In this document: positions 1-10,141 of the stretch, one piece after another | Layout of the letters: every line of letters starts with the position of its first letter | Position numbering within the stretch: position 1 is the first letter of the stretch | DNA from: Candidatus Bathyarchaeota archaeon | GTDB taxonomy: Archaea > Thermoproteota > Bathyarchaeia > Bathyarchaeales > Bathycorpusculaceae | DNA length: 64,000 nucleotides | Direction of reading: 5' to 3' | Assembly: GCA_963739305.1 (NCBI GenBank) | Contig: CAVTZU010000018.1 | Span: 64,001-128,000, forward strand | The notes under the pieces: generated by a model | What the model was told of the DNA's origin: nothing | Seen by the model: the letters and a program-made list of their open reading frames with translations, nothing else | Database searches by the model: none | Made by a program: the position numbers and the translations under genes

Positions 1-219
1 ACTAATAAACCTAACATCAATTCTGGAATATTGGCGTCCGTGACTTCCAACATGAAACAACCCGAAGAAACCAGGCCGGCGATACACGAATAAAACCGTT
101 ACCACACGACATTACAAAAAACGTTACAAAAATTCAGGGCGTAGAGTATTCTTTGACCCTGCTTTGCCACTGATTCTATATACCCAAACCCCCAAACACA
201 ACACACGAAGTGAACAGAC

Positions 220-630
220 ATGATACTTGTCCACACCAGCATCCGAACAAGCGACATCGACAAATCAATCAACTTCTACACCAAACTCATCGGGCTCAAA
301 CTCCAAGGAAGACGCCAAATCCCCCAAAACAACGCTGAAATCGCCTTCCTACAAGACCCACAAGCCAAAGGCTCCATCCTCGAACTAACCTATTACCGAA
401 AACAAAAAAAGTTCCTGCAACCAGACTACGAAGACCGACTGTTCGACCACCTCGCGTTCAACGTAGAAGACATGCAAAAAACCATCGAAACCCTCCGCAA
501 AAACAACGTTACAATCACCGATGAACCATACACACTCGGACCCGGTGGATCCACGATAGCCTTCATCGAAGACCCTGACGGCACGCTCATCGAACTCATC
601 GAAAGAAAACAAACAACAACCTCAGTCTAA
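220..630 (+). CDS. VOC/glyoxalase family protein (lactoylglutathione lyase-like)
   Basis: HTSIRTSDIDKSINFY, ILELTY, FDHLAFNVED, FIEDPDGTLIELIE metal-binding VOC motifs. Confidence 0.85.
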   Translation: MILVHTSIRTSDIDKSINFYTKLIGLKLQGRRQIPQNNAEIAFLQDPQAKGSILELTYYRKQKKFLQPDYEDRLFDHLAFNVEDMQKTIETLRKNNVTITDEPYTLGPGGSTIAFIEDPDGTLIELIERKQTTTSV

Positions 631-666
631 ACCCTTTTAGGCAATAGGGTACCCAAAACTGTCTAC

Positions 667-1575
667 ATGGCAACTCGCGTCATAAGCCCCGTCAACGCTC
701 TCCTAATGACATTTCTCATAATCATCTGGGGCAGCAGCTTCGTCGTCGTAAAAATCGCCCTGTCTGAAGGATTAACACCGATCGCAATCGCCACCTTCAG
801 GCTTCTAGTTGCAAGTGTCCTATTCATCACCGTACTCACGATCAAGAAAGCTTCAAATCGGAGCTACTCACTCCACATAGTCAAGAAAGATCTGCCCCGC
901 CTAATCATCCTCGCCCTAACAGGAATCACCTTTTTCTTCATCGCCCAGATAACTGGGATACAACTCGCGAGCGCCTCAATCGCTGCAATCCTCGTTTGCC
1001 TCCTCTCGCCAATACTCATCACCGTGGTCTCCGCTCATACACTCAAAGAAACTTTGGCAAGAAAACAGATGACAGGAATCGGAATCGCAGCGCTAGGCAC
1101 CGTCATCGTCATAGCAGGCGGATCACTCGGCTTAGAAAGCAACATGTCCTTCCTCACCGGAACACTCGTCCTCCTACTGACACCGATCCTCTGGACCATT
1201 TACACCATCACCGGAAAAACAACAATGAAAAACTACAGCCCCTTTCTCGTAACAGCCTACGTAAACGTAATCGGCGCTCTCTGCCTTATTCCATTCTCCG
1301 TCACCGAAAACTCTCTCAACAGAATATTAACGATGAGCCTTCAAGCTTGGACAGCCATTCTCTTCCTAGCATTCACATCTTCGCTCTTGGGCTACTTCAT
1401 CTGGTTCCACGTTGCAAGCCAAGTCAAAGCCGCCGTCCTAAGCTCCTTCCTGTTCGCAGAACCCCTCGTAACCGCCCTGCTGGCCACGACGCTAATAGGA
1501 GAAACAATAAGCCTCTTCACGGCAGCAGGCGGCATCCTCATCTTCTTCGGCGTTTACCTCGTCTCTAAAAACTAG
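667..1575 (+). CDS. DMT/EamA family transporter
   Basis: About 10 hydrophobic segments; IIWGSSFVVVKIAL, FRLLVA, EPLVTALLA...GE EamA repeats. Confidence 0.9.
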   Translation: MATRVISPVNALLMTFLIIIWGSSFVVVKIALSEGLTPIAIATFRLLVASVLFITVLTIKKASNRSYSLHIVKKDLPRLIILALTGITFFFIAQITGIQLASASIAAILVCLLSPILITVVSAHTLKETLARKQMTGIGIAALGTVIVIAGGSLGLESNMSFLTGTLVLLLTPILWTIYTITGKTTMKNYSPFLVTAYVNVIGALCLIPFSVTENSLNRILTMSLQAWTAILFLAFTSSLLGYFIWFHVASQVKAAVLSSFLFAEPLVTALLATTLIGETISLFTAAGGILIFFGVYLVSKN

Positions 1576-2347
1576 ACAACATCGCATCTTCACCTAGGAA
1601 TCCAACGACCCTGCGAGAGTTAAAAACACTTAGAGCTGATTTCCTAAGAACTCTGCCCACCTTCGGAATCAACCCGGCGGCATCCGTTCCAAGCTTACAC
1701 GTAACGGCATGCTCAAACATCCCAAGCGGGTACAAGTCCACAATGTCCCTGTACACCCCCGTGGCATGTAGCGCCGCATCTACCTCATTGTAGGACGCTC
1801 CGATAATCAACAACCTATCAAGAAAAGAACGCGTCCAGTCTGCGTACAACTTCAGCTGCACCTCTGTGAGTTCGGTTTCAACACGCCTTGACGACAAATC
1901 CGCCTGCAAGATTCTAACCTGCAACGGTAAGTTCTTGCAGAAACCGAACAGCTCGATCAGCTTGTTCAGCGCCACCTTCCTTCCGTCACAAAGCTGAACC
2001 TGCAGCTTCTGAAGTGAAATCGCAACCTCAACGTCTTGCGGCGAGACGCCGATGTCCATTTTAAGCTCGTTCTTGCTCGCGGCCGGATCCATCAGGTACC
2101 CTTTGAACACGGAGAACCTTTGCATATCCTCAACTTTCATAGGGCAAAACCCCACGTTTTCTTCTAGATAGTGCATAGCCACTTTTTCGTCTTCGCCAGA
2201 AACCGACACGCCGACCCACCCGCGCGAGTTAGCTTCATGAAACGTCAATTGGATGTTTAGACCATCGAGCGCCAGCTTGAGGTTCTCTTCAACCTGGCTA
2301 AGCTGAAAACCACTGTGCATCTTGGTCTGCAAAACTATGGAAGGCAA
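1565..2347 (-). CDS. DUF2110-like conserved archaeal protein
   Basis: GEDEKVAMHYL, CKLGTDAAGLIPKVG; typical position downstream of tfe; start placed at TTG 2347 (ORF track 2392). Confidence 0.7.
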   Translation of the reverse strand: MPSIVLQTKMHSGFQLSQVEENLKLALDGLNIQLTFHEANSRGWVGVSVSGEDEKVAMHYLEENVGFCPMKVEDMQRFSVFKGYLMDPAASKNELKMDIGVSPQDVEVAISLQKLQVQLCDGRKVALNKLIELFGFCKNLPLQVRILQADLSSRRVETELTEVQLKLYADWTRSFLDRLLIIGASYNEVDAALHATGVYRDIVDLYPLGMFEHAVTCKLGTDAAGLIPKVGRVLRKSALSVFNSRRVVGFLGEDAMLSSF

Positions 2348-2877
2348 TCGCAGTCGCCGACCAAAGACAACATTTCTTCGTGCAACTTCCACAACCTCTC
2401 GATCGTCGCTGCAGGAAGATCCTGTGAGAGTTTGTCAATCGTCTTCTCGATTGGGACGCGGCGTGAACCCTCAATCAGCTTATCAGCGTAACAAACGATT
2501 TTTTCCTCAAGGGTTTGTGGAACGTAAACGTCCTTGGGCCACCCTAACTTCTTTGCGTCCCTTGCCGTTATGCCGCCGCCAACGTGCTTCTTGATTATCG
2601 ATATCACCGGTTTGGGCAACCTGAGGGTTTCCGCGATTTCTGCACCAACGATGGCATGGTGCACGGTGTGTGTCTTGCTTCGTCCAATGTCGTGAAGAAG
2701 CGCTCCAACCTGGACGAGATTAACATTTACGGGGTACCCTCTCTTCACGGCTGCTTCCGCAATCTCGGTGGCAAGATCAGAGACAGCCTCAACGTGTCTT
2801 ATGACGTTCTGTCTGCAACCGTACTGTCTCAGAAATTGTAGGGCTTGTTCTCTGGTCGGGAGCCGTTCACTCACCAA
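2335..2877 (-). CDS. HDIG-domain metal-dependent phosphohydrolase
   Basis: GALLHDIGRSK, HAIVGAEI, EEKIVCYADK. Confidence 0.85.
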   Translation of the reverse strand: MVSERLPTREQALQFLRQYGCRQNVIRHVEAVSDLATEIAEAAVKRGYPVNVNLVQVGALLHDIGRSKTHTVHHAIVGAEIAETLRLPKPVISIIKKHVGGGITARDAKKLGWPKDVYVPQTLEEKIVCYADKLIEGSRRVPIEKTIDKLSQDLPAATIERLWKLHEEMLSLVGDCDCLP

Positions 2878-3379
2878 GCTCCTTCCTCAGAGTTTCAACT
2901 TTCCTTCCCAATGCTTCCAGTATCTTATCATTGTCGTAATGCATCAGCGGCTTTCCACATGTTGGACATTTGAAAACCAGTTCCACCGCTTCCTCGAAGG
3001 GTATCCGTTTGCATCCTGGGGTGTTACAGTAATAGAAATCATGATTCTTCTCGAACTCAAGCCTGATGTTCAATTTCTCAAGCACACGCCGCTTCTGGCT
3101 TTGTATGAAGGCTTCCAGCTGATCCGACTGCAGTCTCCAGTGAAAAATGAACCAGCCGGTCTTTGGGTCACGGGTTCTTCTCAAGCTAACGAGAGAGTGG
3201 TCATAGAGTTTGTAAAGGATCTTGCGCACCGAGTTCAGTCTTATGCCCGTCTTTGTGGCAATCTCGTCATCAGTGGTTTCCTCGGCGTTCTTGAGAACTT
3301 CGATCAGCCTTATGGCTTCCTCCTCGCCCAACGCCTGCGCAACCCTCGTCAACGTTGCATCGTCAATGCTTGATAACAT
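2867..3379 (-). CDS. tfe: Transcription factor E (TFE alpha)
   Basis: Winged HTH TDDEIA...VRKILYKLYD, GWFIFHW, Zn ribbon FKCPTCG; start at ATG 3379. Confidence 0.93.
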   Translation of the reverse strand: MLSSIDDATLTRVAQALGEEEAIRLIEVLKNAEETTDDEIATKTGIRLNSVRKILYKLYDHSLVSLRRTRDPKTGWFIFHWRLQSDQLEAFIQSQKRRVLEKLNIRLEFEKNHDFYYCNTPGCKRIPFEEAVELVFKCPTCGKPLMHYDNDKILEALGRKVETLRKELGE

Positions 3380-3467
3380 GGCGGTATCCTTGCTTCTCTT
3401 TTTCAAGACGGATCTCTATATTATATACTGCAATGTTCGAATTTAAATCTCTTTACGAAAGAAAAGA

Positions 3468-4025
3468 CTAAATCTGTCGTCGTTTCTCGACAGAGATCTT
3501 TTTTCCCCTTTGTTGAGGGACTATTTTCACCTTTGCATTCTTCAATGATCTACTCAGCTCTTTTCCTTCGAAGAAGCGGTCAAGAAAGACAGCGAGACTC
3601 GCACACTCGGAATGAGGCTGGTTTCCGATCGCCACGTTGAAGTCAGAAACATCTTGGGAAAAGAATCGGCCCGGCACTTTCTGGCTTCCAACGATGACAA
3701 GAACATCTTTGTTTGAATCTCTTATCTTCTTCATCACGCCGCTGGTTTCGACGTTTTCACCATATGCCGTCAAGTGAACGATCAGACCCTCCTTTTTCTT
3801 CCATTCTCGGACGACTTTTTTCCATGGGGTTCCCATTTCGAAGAAGAATCGTCCACCCCATTGCTGAGTGACTTTCTCAATTGATTCCTTGATTTGGTTG
3901 TCTTTTGTGTCTGAGAGAATGATTCCCGTGGCTCCCAGCGCTCTGGCGGCTAAGGCTACATGTGTTGTGAGTCGTGCATCTCGCTGGGGTCTGTGGCCCC
4001 ACCTCAACACAACGACTTGTTTCAT
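3468..4025 (-). CDS. trm56: tRNA (cytidine(56)-2'-O)-methyltransferase
   Basis: LRWGHRPQRDARLTTHVALAARALGA, VHLTAYG, GSQKVP, NQPHSE SPOUT motifs. Confidence 0.95.
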   Translation of the reverse strand: MKQVVVLRWGHRPQRDARLTTHVALAARALGATGIILSDTKDNQIKESIEKVTQQWGGRFFFEMGTPWKKVVREWKKKEGLIVHLTAYGENVETSGVMKKIRDSNKDVLVIVGSQKVPGRFFSQDVSDFNVAIGNQPHSECASLAVFLDRFFEGKELSRSLKNAKVKIVPQQRGKKISVEKRRQI

Positions 4026-4041
4026 GGCAATTTCCCTTTTT

Positions 4042-5304
4042 TTAGGCTTTCTGCAGTTTTGCGTTGAATTCTTTTTGGACGCGTGCTCTCACTCGCTCTG
4101 CAAACGATGGTTCTGATTCAAAAACCACGTGAACCGAGTCCGCGTTATAGTCGGTCTTTTGTACGTCAGCATTCTTGAAGAGCCAAGCCATGAACGACAT
4201 TGTGTTCTTTGTTACGGGAATTGTGAATGACGCTTTGACGTAGTTTCTGAGGATTTTTAATATTTCATTTTTTAGCTGTCCTGTGTTTGTTCCTTTCAGG
4301 GCTGATATAGGCACTAAGGTCGTTGCTTTGTCTTTTAGGAGGTTGATTTTCTGTTGGGCCTCTTCTTCAGAGATGAGGTCGATTTTGTTCAGTACTGTTA
4401 TGGTCGGGATGCCTGACGCTCCTATGCGTTCTATCGTCTCCAGACAAGCTGAGAGCTTCTTTTCGACGACGTAAATGGTTTCGCTGACGTCAACGATCAG
4501 CAGAATGAGATCGGAGTATATGGTTTCTTCGAGCGTCGAATGGAAAGCTTCTATTAGGGTCAGGGGTAATCGATCTATGAACCCTACTGTGTCGGTTAAC
4601 AGGAACTTTTTGTTGGAAAACGTCACGAGTCGCGTCGTGGTTGACAGCGTTGTGAACAAGACTGTGTCCACTGGAACAGTTTCCTCTGCTAGCGCGTTGA
4701 ATAGAGAGCTTTTTCCGGCTTTAGTGTATCCTGCGAGGGAAATCGACGTGAACCCAAGCTCGGCCCTTCTTTCACGTTGCAGTCCGCGTTTTCCCCTTAT
4801 TTTCTTCAGCTTCCTCCGTATAGCATGTATTTCTCTCTTTACGCTCTCGTAATAAACATCCACTTCGTAGGCTCCAAGCCCCATGAAACCTGGTTGCTCA
4901 CCTTTTTTCGCGAGTCTCACTCTTTCTTTCGCTTGTGCGAGGTCGTAACTTAGTTTCGCCAATCGAATCTGGAACTGTGCCTCCGTCGTCGTGGCTCTGC
5001 TCGTGAAGATCTCGAGTATGAGCTGGAAACGGTCGATGGCTTCCACGCCTGTAGATTTCGCAAGGTTGTACGATTGAACAGGTCTCAATAGGTTGTCGAA
5101 AATCACTTTTTCAGCGCCCGTTTTCTTCACGAGCTCGGCGAGTTCCTCGACTTTTCCGGGCCCAATCTGGTAGCGTGCGTTGGGTCTTCTCACCTGTTCT
5201 ATTCTGCCAACAACTGTATAACCTGCTGATTCAGCGAGGCTTGATAGTTCATCGAGAGCTCTTGGTTCAGCCCGCTCTCGTCGCTGGACTATGACTGACT
5301 TCGT
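4042..5304 (-). CDS. hflX: GTPase HflX (true start upstream of ORF-track GTG, probably non-canonical)
   Basis: GYTKAGKSSLFN, LFTTL, DTVGFI, NKID; frame extends upstream as KSVIVQRRE...DELSSLAESAGY. Confidence 0.92.
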   Translation of the reverse strand, partial: TKSVIVQRRERAEPRALDELSSLAESAGYTVVGRIEQVRRPNARYQIGPGKVEELAELVKKTGAEKVIFDNLLRPVQSYNLAKSTGVEAIDRFQLILEIFTSRATTTEAQFQIRLAKLSYDLAQAKERVRLAKKGEQPGFMGLGAYEVDVYYESVKREIHAIRRKLKKIRGKRGLQRERRAELGFTSISLAGYTKAGKSSLFNALAEETVPVDTVLFTTLSTTTRLVTFSNKKFLLTDTVGFIDRLPLTLIEAFHSTLEETIYSDLILLIVDVSETIYVVEKKLSACLETIERIGASGIPTITVLNKIDLISEEEAQQKINLLKDKATTLVPISALKGTNTGQLKNEILKILRNYVKASFTIPVTKNTMSFMAWLFKNADVQKTDYNADSVHVVFESEPSFAERVRARVQKEFNAKLQKA

Positions 5305-5825
5305 TTCGTCGTTTCCTCCTTCTTCTCTTTCCGTTCTTGTTGAATCAAGTCTCCGAGGGTCAGTTCACGACTTGGTTTCTGCGGAATCTTGGCTTGCGGA
5401 ACCTTCTCTTCTTTAGTTGGGACTATTAGTTTGATCTTCAACACGTGTTCCAATGTTACGGCAAGTTTGTCACTTGGCGCGATTTTTCCAGTTTCGATTT
5501 TTCTGAGCAGCGATACCTTCTCGTTTATTCTCTTCCCCAGGTCTTCATGCGAGAGTCCAAGCTTTTCCCTGGCCTTCCTTATTTTCGACCCAAAATCTTC
5601 TGAGATTTCCACGTTTGTGTCAATCGGAGGCAGCTGTGGTTTGGATTGAGCTCTAAACGTAACTGGCGCTGGTTTGGGTCTGGCGAAAACAGGTTTTGGT
5701 TTGGGCTCGTCATAACATATCTTGCCATGCTTTGCACATTCACCGCAAACCGTCAGGCGAGCGCCTTCAATCATGACGTTGAATGGCTTGTCGCCGATTC
5801 TGCACCCGCAGACTTCGCATCGCAA
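5289..5825 (-). CDS. mbf1: Multiprotein bridging factor aMBF1
   Basis: CEVCG...CGEC Zn ribbon plus HTH (IRKAREKLGLSHEDLG...IETGK), LTLGD; TTG start 5825 after AAGGTG. Confidence 0.92.
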   Translation of the reverse strand: MRCEVCGCRIGDKPFNVMIEGARLTVCGECAKHGKICYDEPKPKPVFARPKPAPVTFRAQSKPQLPPIDTNVEISEDFGSKIRKAREKLGLSHEDLGKRINEKVSLLRKIETGKIAPSDKLAVTLEHVLKIKLIVPTKEEKVPQAKIPQKPSRELTLGDLIQQERKEKKEETTKRSQS

Positions 5826-5909
5826 ATTGACTGCACCTTGGCTGCTTTTAATATTAAGGTCTTCTTTATAGTTGTCGAACCAGAAAGCGTCGGTTAACGG
5901 TGGATAAAG

Positions 5910-6380
5910 TTGGATGAAGCGTTGAAGCGAATACGGGCCGTAGCCGACTATCAATTCGGCAAAGGAGCAGGCGAAGAACTCTTCCCAGAGAGAGTGAAGA
6001 TTCTGTTCTCAAAAAGAACAGGAAGAATTCGTTACGTCTATCTTGATGGGAAACGCCTTGCGACCATGCGTCCCACTGATGGTTTTTTCTCCCTAAGCGT
6101 ATACGGCGCCAAACGCATCGTTGAGCACGCGGCACGGGCCGAATGTTGCGTTGTTGTTCGCGACGATGTATCTAGATTCATAGCTGAAGGCGGGGACGTG
6201 TTTGCGGTTCATGTTGTGAAGGCTGACACTGAAGTTCGCGCCAAGGACGAGGTGATTGTGCTGGACAGTTCGCGACGCGTTCTGGCAGTGGGACGGGCCG
6301 TTTTGTCTGGTGAAGAAATGATGGCTTTCAAACGGGGTGTTGCAGTCAAGGTCAGACGGGGCTGTGAAGATGAAAGTTAA
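5910..6380 (+). CDS. PUA-domain RNA-binding protein (TGT C-terminal-like)
   Basis: ADYQFG, TGRIRYVY, VFAVHVV...DEVIV...AVGRA...GVAVKVR. Confidence 0.85.
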   Translation: MDEALKRIRAVADYQFGKGAGEELFPERVKILFSKRTGRIRYVYLDGKRLATMRPTDGFFSLSVYGAKRIVEHAARAECCVVVRDDVSRFIAEGGDVFAVHVVKADTEVRAKDEVIVLDSSRRVLAVGRAVLSGEEMMAFKRGVAVKVRRGCEDES

Positions 6381-6425
6381 GTATATGAGGTTTGACAAGT
6401 ACAGGTTAGCAGTGAAGGTGGTTTC

Positions 6426-6779
6426 GTGCAGAGACGAGTGAACCCTCGCGATGCAAAGCGCATGATGCAGCGAATGGGCATGAGCATGGACGCTGTTGCG
6501 GACGTTGAGCAGGTTGTGATAAGAACCAGCAGCAAGGAGATCACGATCGAACAGCCAGAAGTTGCAATACTCGCGGTTCAAGGGCAAAAGATTTTTCAAG
6601 TCACTGGTGGAAAGGTCACCGAAAAGGCTGTCGAGCGTAAGTCTTCAGGAGTTGCTGATGAGGACGTGAAGCTTGTGGCCGACCAGACAGGCAAGAGTGT
6701 AGAGGAAGCCCGCAGGGCACTGGAGGAAAGCGGGGGCGACCTGGCGAAGGCAATCCTGCTACTGCAGTCAAAATTCTGA
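6426..6779 (+). CDS. nac: Nascent polypeptide-associated complex protein
   Basis: NPRDAKRMMQRMGM, C-terminal UBA-like EDVKLVA...GDLAKAIL. Confidence 0.93.
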   Translation: MQRRVNPRDAKRMMQRMGMSMDAVADVEQVVIRTSSKEITIEQPEVAILAVQGQKIFQVTGGKVTEKAVERKSSGVADEDVKLVADQTGKSVEEARRALEESGGDLAKAILLLQSKF

Positions 6780-6933
6780 CGCCCAAATGTGTTCCCGCTG
6801 ACTAGAGTCTTGCCGTTCTTGACTTACTAGATGTAGCAGGAAGCGTTTAGTGAGACTTCGATCAGTGAAGCCAAGACTATTCCGTTGGTTTTAAGTCAGT
6901 GTCAGCTAATATTCTAGGCGAGGTCACCAACTC

Positions 6934-7848
6934 GTGTTTGACGTTGTTCCAGTGGGACACTTTGCTATAGACTCAATCTTTCTTCCAGGTCGCGATACTC
7001 CGTTCGTTGTCTTAGGCGGGTCAGTTACGTACGTTTCGTTGGCTGCAAGGCGGCTTGATGCCCAGGTTTCCGTGGTCTCCAAGATAGGCAAAGATTTTCC
7101 TGAAGCCTACAAGTGGTGGCTCAAACAGGAGGGCATCGACCTGTCAAACGTATCAAGAGACGAGAATAATGTGACAACACGGTTTGAGTTGAGATATGCC
7201 GAAGGGTTTTCTGATCGCAAGCTGCGGTGTGGAAGTCGGATGTCTCCAATCACTGTTGAGGAAATCCTTCATTTTCCAAAGGTTTTCGCCGTTCACATTG
7301 GGCCAATAGCAGGCGAGATAACGTATGAAGTCGTTGAGAATCTTCGAGGTCATTGCGAATTCATGTCTCTGGACCCGCAGGGACTCGTACGGCGTTTTGA
7401 TGATGAAGGAAACGTTAGCCTCGGCCCGTTGATGGATAAGCGGGTGCTAGGACACGTGGACGTTTTCAAGTCTTCCCTTGAAGAAATCAAAGCGATAAGT
7501 GGTCTTGATGAACTGGGCCATGCTGCAAAAGCCATTCATGATTATGGTGTTGACATAGTCATAGTTACGCTCGGAGAAAAAGGCGCTGCGGTTTCTGTTG
7601 AAGGCGCGATGCACAATGTTCCAGCATTCAAACCGGCGAAACTCGTTGATCCGACGGGAGCGGGAGACGCCTTCATTGGTGGTTTTTTGGCTGAATATGT
7701 GCGTGGCGAAGATTGCTCGTGGTGCTCATGCGTCGGAGCAGCAGTTTCTTCACTTGTCGTCGAAGGCGCGGGGCCAACGTTTTTAGGCGACAAAGACGAG
7801 ATCCACCGGAGAGCACGTTTTCTCTACGAAAAAGGAATTAAGGAATGA
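6934..7848 (+). CDS. PfkB family carbohydrate kinase
   Basis: GGSVTY, VTLGEKG, DPTGAGDAFIGG. Confidence 0.9.
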   Translation: MFDVVPVGHFAIDSIFLPGRDTPFVVLGGSVTYVSLAARRLDAQVSVVSKIGKDFPEAYKWWLKQEGIDLSNVSRDENNVTTRFELRYAEGFSDRKLRCGSRMSPITVEEILHFPKVFAVHIGPIAGEITYEVVENLRGHCEFMSLDPQGLVRRFDDEGNVSLGPLMDKRVLGHVDVFKSSLEEIKAISGLDELGHAAKAIHDYGVDIVIVTLGEKGAAVSVEGAMHNVPAFKPAKLVDPTGAGDAFIGGFLAEYVRGEDCSWCSCVGAAVSSLVVEGAGPTFLGDKDEIHRRARFLYEKGIKE

Positions 7849-7894
7849 AGTATATTCTATTGCATCCAAAACACGAATTTGAGAGGAACTGAAC

Positions 7895-8101
7895 TTGGGT
7901 CGCATCGGCAAAGGCGTGAAATGCAACGTGCAAGGTTGCGGTCAGGAGGCTGTTCGTTCCCTTTCAGCTGAAAAAGTGAAGCGTGCAGGTCTGAGAGTGA
8001 TCGACGAGAGGCATGCTTACCTTTGCAAAGAACATTACAAAGAGTACAAGAAAAAAACGAAGAAAGACAAACAAATCGAAAAGTGGCGGTACAACCCCTA
8101 A
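7895..8101 (+). CDS. Small basic putative Zn-finger protein
   Basis: C-x4-C...C-x2-H pattern, Lys-rich tail, tightly upstream of thrS. Confidence 0.65.
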   Translation: MGRIGKGVKCNVQGCGQEAVRSLSAEKVKRAGLRVIDERHAYLCKEHYKEYKKKTKKDKQIEKWRYNP

Positions 8102-8121
8102 ACGCGTTGCGGTGAGAATTT

Positions 8122-9999
8122 ATGAGAATTTTGCAGTTACATTCCAACTTCATCGTGTACAAACCTGTGCAGAAGGAGATTGCGACGGCGGAACAGGCTG
8201 AGAAGAGAGAGGTACGTTTAGAAGAGCTTGTCGTCATGTTCACTGCGGTTGAAGAAGGCGACACGGCCGCAGTCGCCCGGAAAGCCATCGATGAAGTTCA
8301 CGGTTTCCTTGGAAAACTAGGCGTCAACCGCGTTCTAATCTATCCATATGCTCATTTGAGCAGCAGACTGGCCAAGCCATCTGACGCTTTGAAAACAGTC
8401 AAAGCCATGGAAGCTCATGCGTCGAAGATGGGCATAGAAACATTTCGAGCACCATTCGGTTGGAACAAGCAGTTTACAATATCAATCAAGGGGCACCCTC
8501 TGGCTGAGCAATCTCGAGTTGTATTGCCTGCGGATGCCAAAGAGAAAGGGGAAGAGGACAAAGTTTCCGACGCTCTGAAAGCCGAAGAAAAACTGAAGTC
8601 AACTTGGTACATTCTGCAGCCGGATGGAAAACTGATGCCCGTTGAAGAATTCAACTTCAGAGGACGCAAAGACCTTGAAAGATTTGCGAGGTACGAAATA
8701 TCCAAGGTAAGAGCCAGCCAGCAGATGCCACCACATGTTCAGTTGATGAAGAAACTTGAGATATGTGATTACGAATCTGGAAGCGACCCTGGAAACATTC
8801 GATGGTATCCTAAAGGTCGCTTGATCAAGGCTTTGCTGGAACAGTTCGTCAGTGCCAAGATGAATGAGTACGGTGCTATGGAAGTGGAAACTCCAGTCAT
8901 GTATGATTTCCGGCATCCTAGCCTAGCAGACTACTTGAACCGGTTTCCTGCGCGACAATACTTGCTGAAGTCAGAGGACAAAGAACTCTTTCTGCGCTTT
9001 GCAGCGTGTTTTGGACAGTTCTTGATGGTTCATGACGCGCAGTTCTCTTATAAGGACATGCCCATGAAAGTTTACGAATTAACCCGCTACAGCTTTAGGA
9101 GAGAAAAAAGCGGCGAAGTGGTAGGATTGAGGCGGCTCAGAGCCTTCAGCATGCCAGACTGCCACGCGTTCTGCACAGACTTGGAACAAGCCAAGAAAGA
9201 GTTTGCAATAAGGTTCAAAATGTGTGTACAGATTTTGCGCGAGATAGGCTTTGAAAAAGACGAATATGAAATTGGCATCCGGTTCACAAAAGACTTCTAC
9301 GACGAAAACAACAAGTTCATCGCTTCGCTAGCGAAAACTTACGGCAAACCCATGCTGGCCGAAATGTGGAATGAGAGATTCTTCTATTTCATTCTTAAGT
9401 GGGATATGAACTACGTAGACAATCAAGACAAAGCTGCAGCGCTTTCGACGGATCAACTTGACGTTGAAAACGCAAAAAGGTACGGCATAAACTACGTCGA
9501 CGAGAAAGGAGAGAAGAAACTTCCGCTGATTCTGCACTGCTCTCCAAGTGGGGCAATTGAAAGAGTAGTGTATGCGTTGTTAGAAAGAGCCTACAAGGTA
9601 CAGAAGAGCGGCAAGGTGCCGATGCTGCCGGTCTGGCTCTCTCCAACACAAGTTCGTTTGATTCCCATTTCCAACAATTTCCTGAAAGACGTTGAAAAGT
9701 TCGCTGAAATGATGCAAGCCTGCTGTATTCGGAGCGACATTGATGATCGTCCAATGACACTGCAAAAGAGGGTACGCGAGGCCGAAATGGAGTGGGTGCC
9801 TTATGTCATTGTGGTTGGACAGAAAGAACTCGACTCTGGAACCTTACCGGTTAGGGACCGGGCCACTGGGCAGATGCGCAGACTGAAACTAGAGGACCTG
9901 ATTTCAGAAATACAGAAAATCACAGGCAACAAACCGTACAGACCGTTACCGTTGCCCAAACACCTTTCAAATAGACCCCAGTTCTGCGGATCACGCTAG
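8122..9999 (+). CDS. thrS: Threonine--tRNA ligase (archaeal type with N-terminal editing domain)
   Basis: MRILQLHS, YPYAHLS, APFGWNK, GHPLAE, LRFAACFG, SFRREK, ILHCSPSGAIER. Confidence 0.97.
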   Translation: MRILQLHSNFIVYKPVQKEIATAEQAEKREVRLEELVVMFTAVEEGDTAAVARKAIDEVHGFLGKLGVNRVLIYPYAHLSSRLAKPSDALKTVKAMEAHASKMGIETFRAPFGWNKQFTISIKGHPLAEQSRVVLPADAKEKGEEDKVSDALKAEEKLKSTWYILQPDGKLMPVEEFNFRGRKDLERFARYEISKVRASQQMPPHVQLMKKLEICDYESGSDPGNIRWYPKGRLIKALLEQFVSAKMNEYGAMEVETPVMYDFRHPSLADYLNRFPARQYLLKSEDKELFLRFAACFGQFLMVHDAQFSYKDMPMKVYELTRYSFRREKSGEVVGLRRLRAFSMPDCHAFCTDLEQAKKEFAIRFKMCVQILREIGFEKDEYEIGIRFTKDFYDENNKFIASLAKTYGKPMLAEMWNERFFYFILKWDMNYVDNQDKAAALSTDQLDVENAKRYGINYVDEKGEKKLPLILHCSPSGAIERVVYALLERAYKVQKSGKVPMLPVWLSPTQVRLIPISNNFLKDVEKFAEMMQACCIRSDIDDRPMTLQKRVREAEMEWVPYVIVVGQKELDSGTLPVRDRATGQMRRLKLEDLISEIQKITGNKPYRPLPLPKHLSNRPQFCGSR

Positions 10000-10141
10000 C
10001 CGCACGATCAGACGCCTTAGCCGAAAATCATTTTTTCTTTTGTTCGACCCGTCAAGCTATTGGAAGGCACGGGTGCCAATCACAGCGCGAAGGAGCTCTC
10101 ATGATTTCAGGGAGTCGATGAGAAGATACAATGAATTCCGT

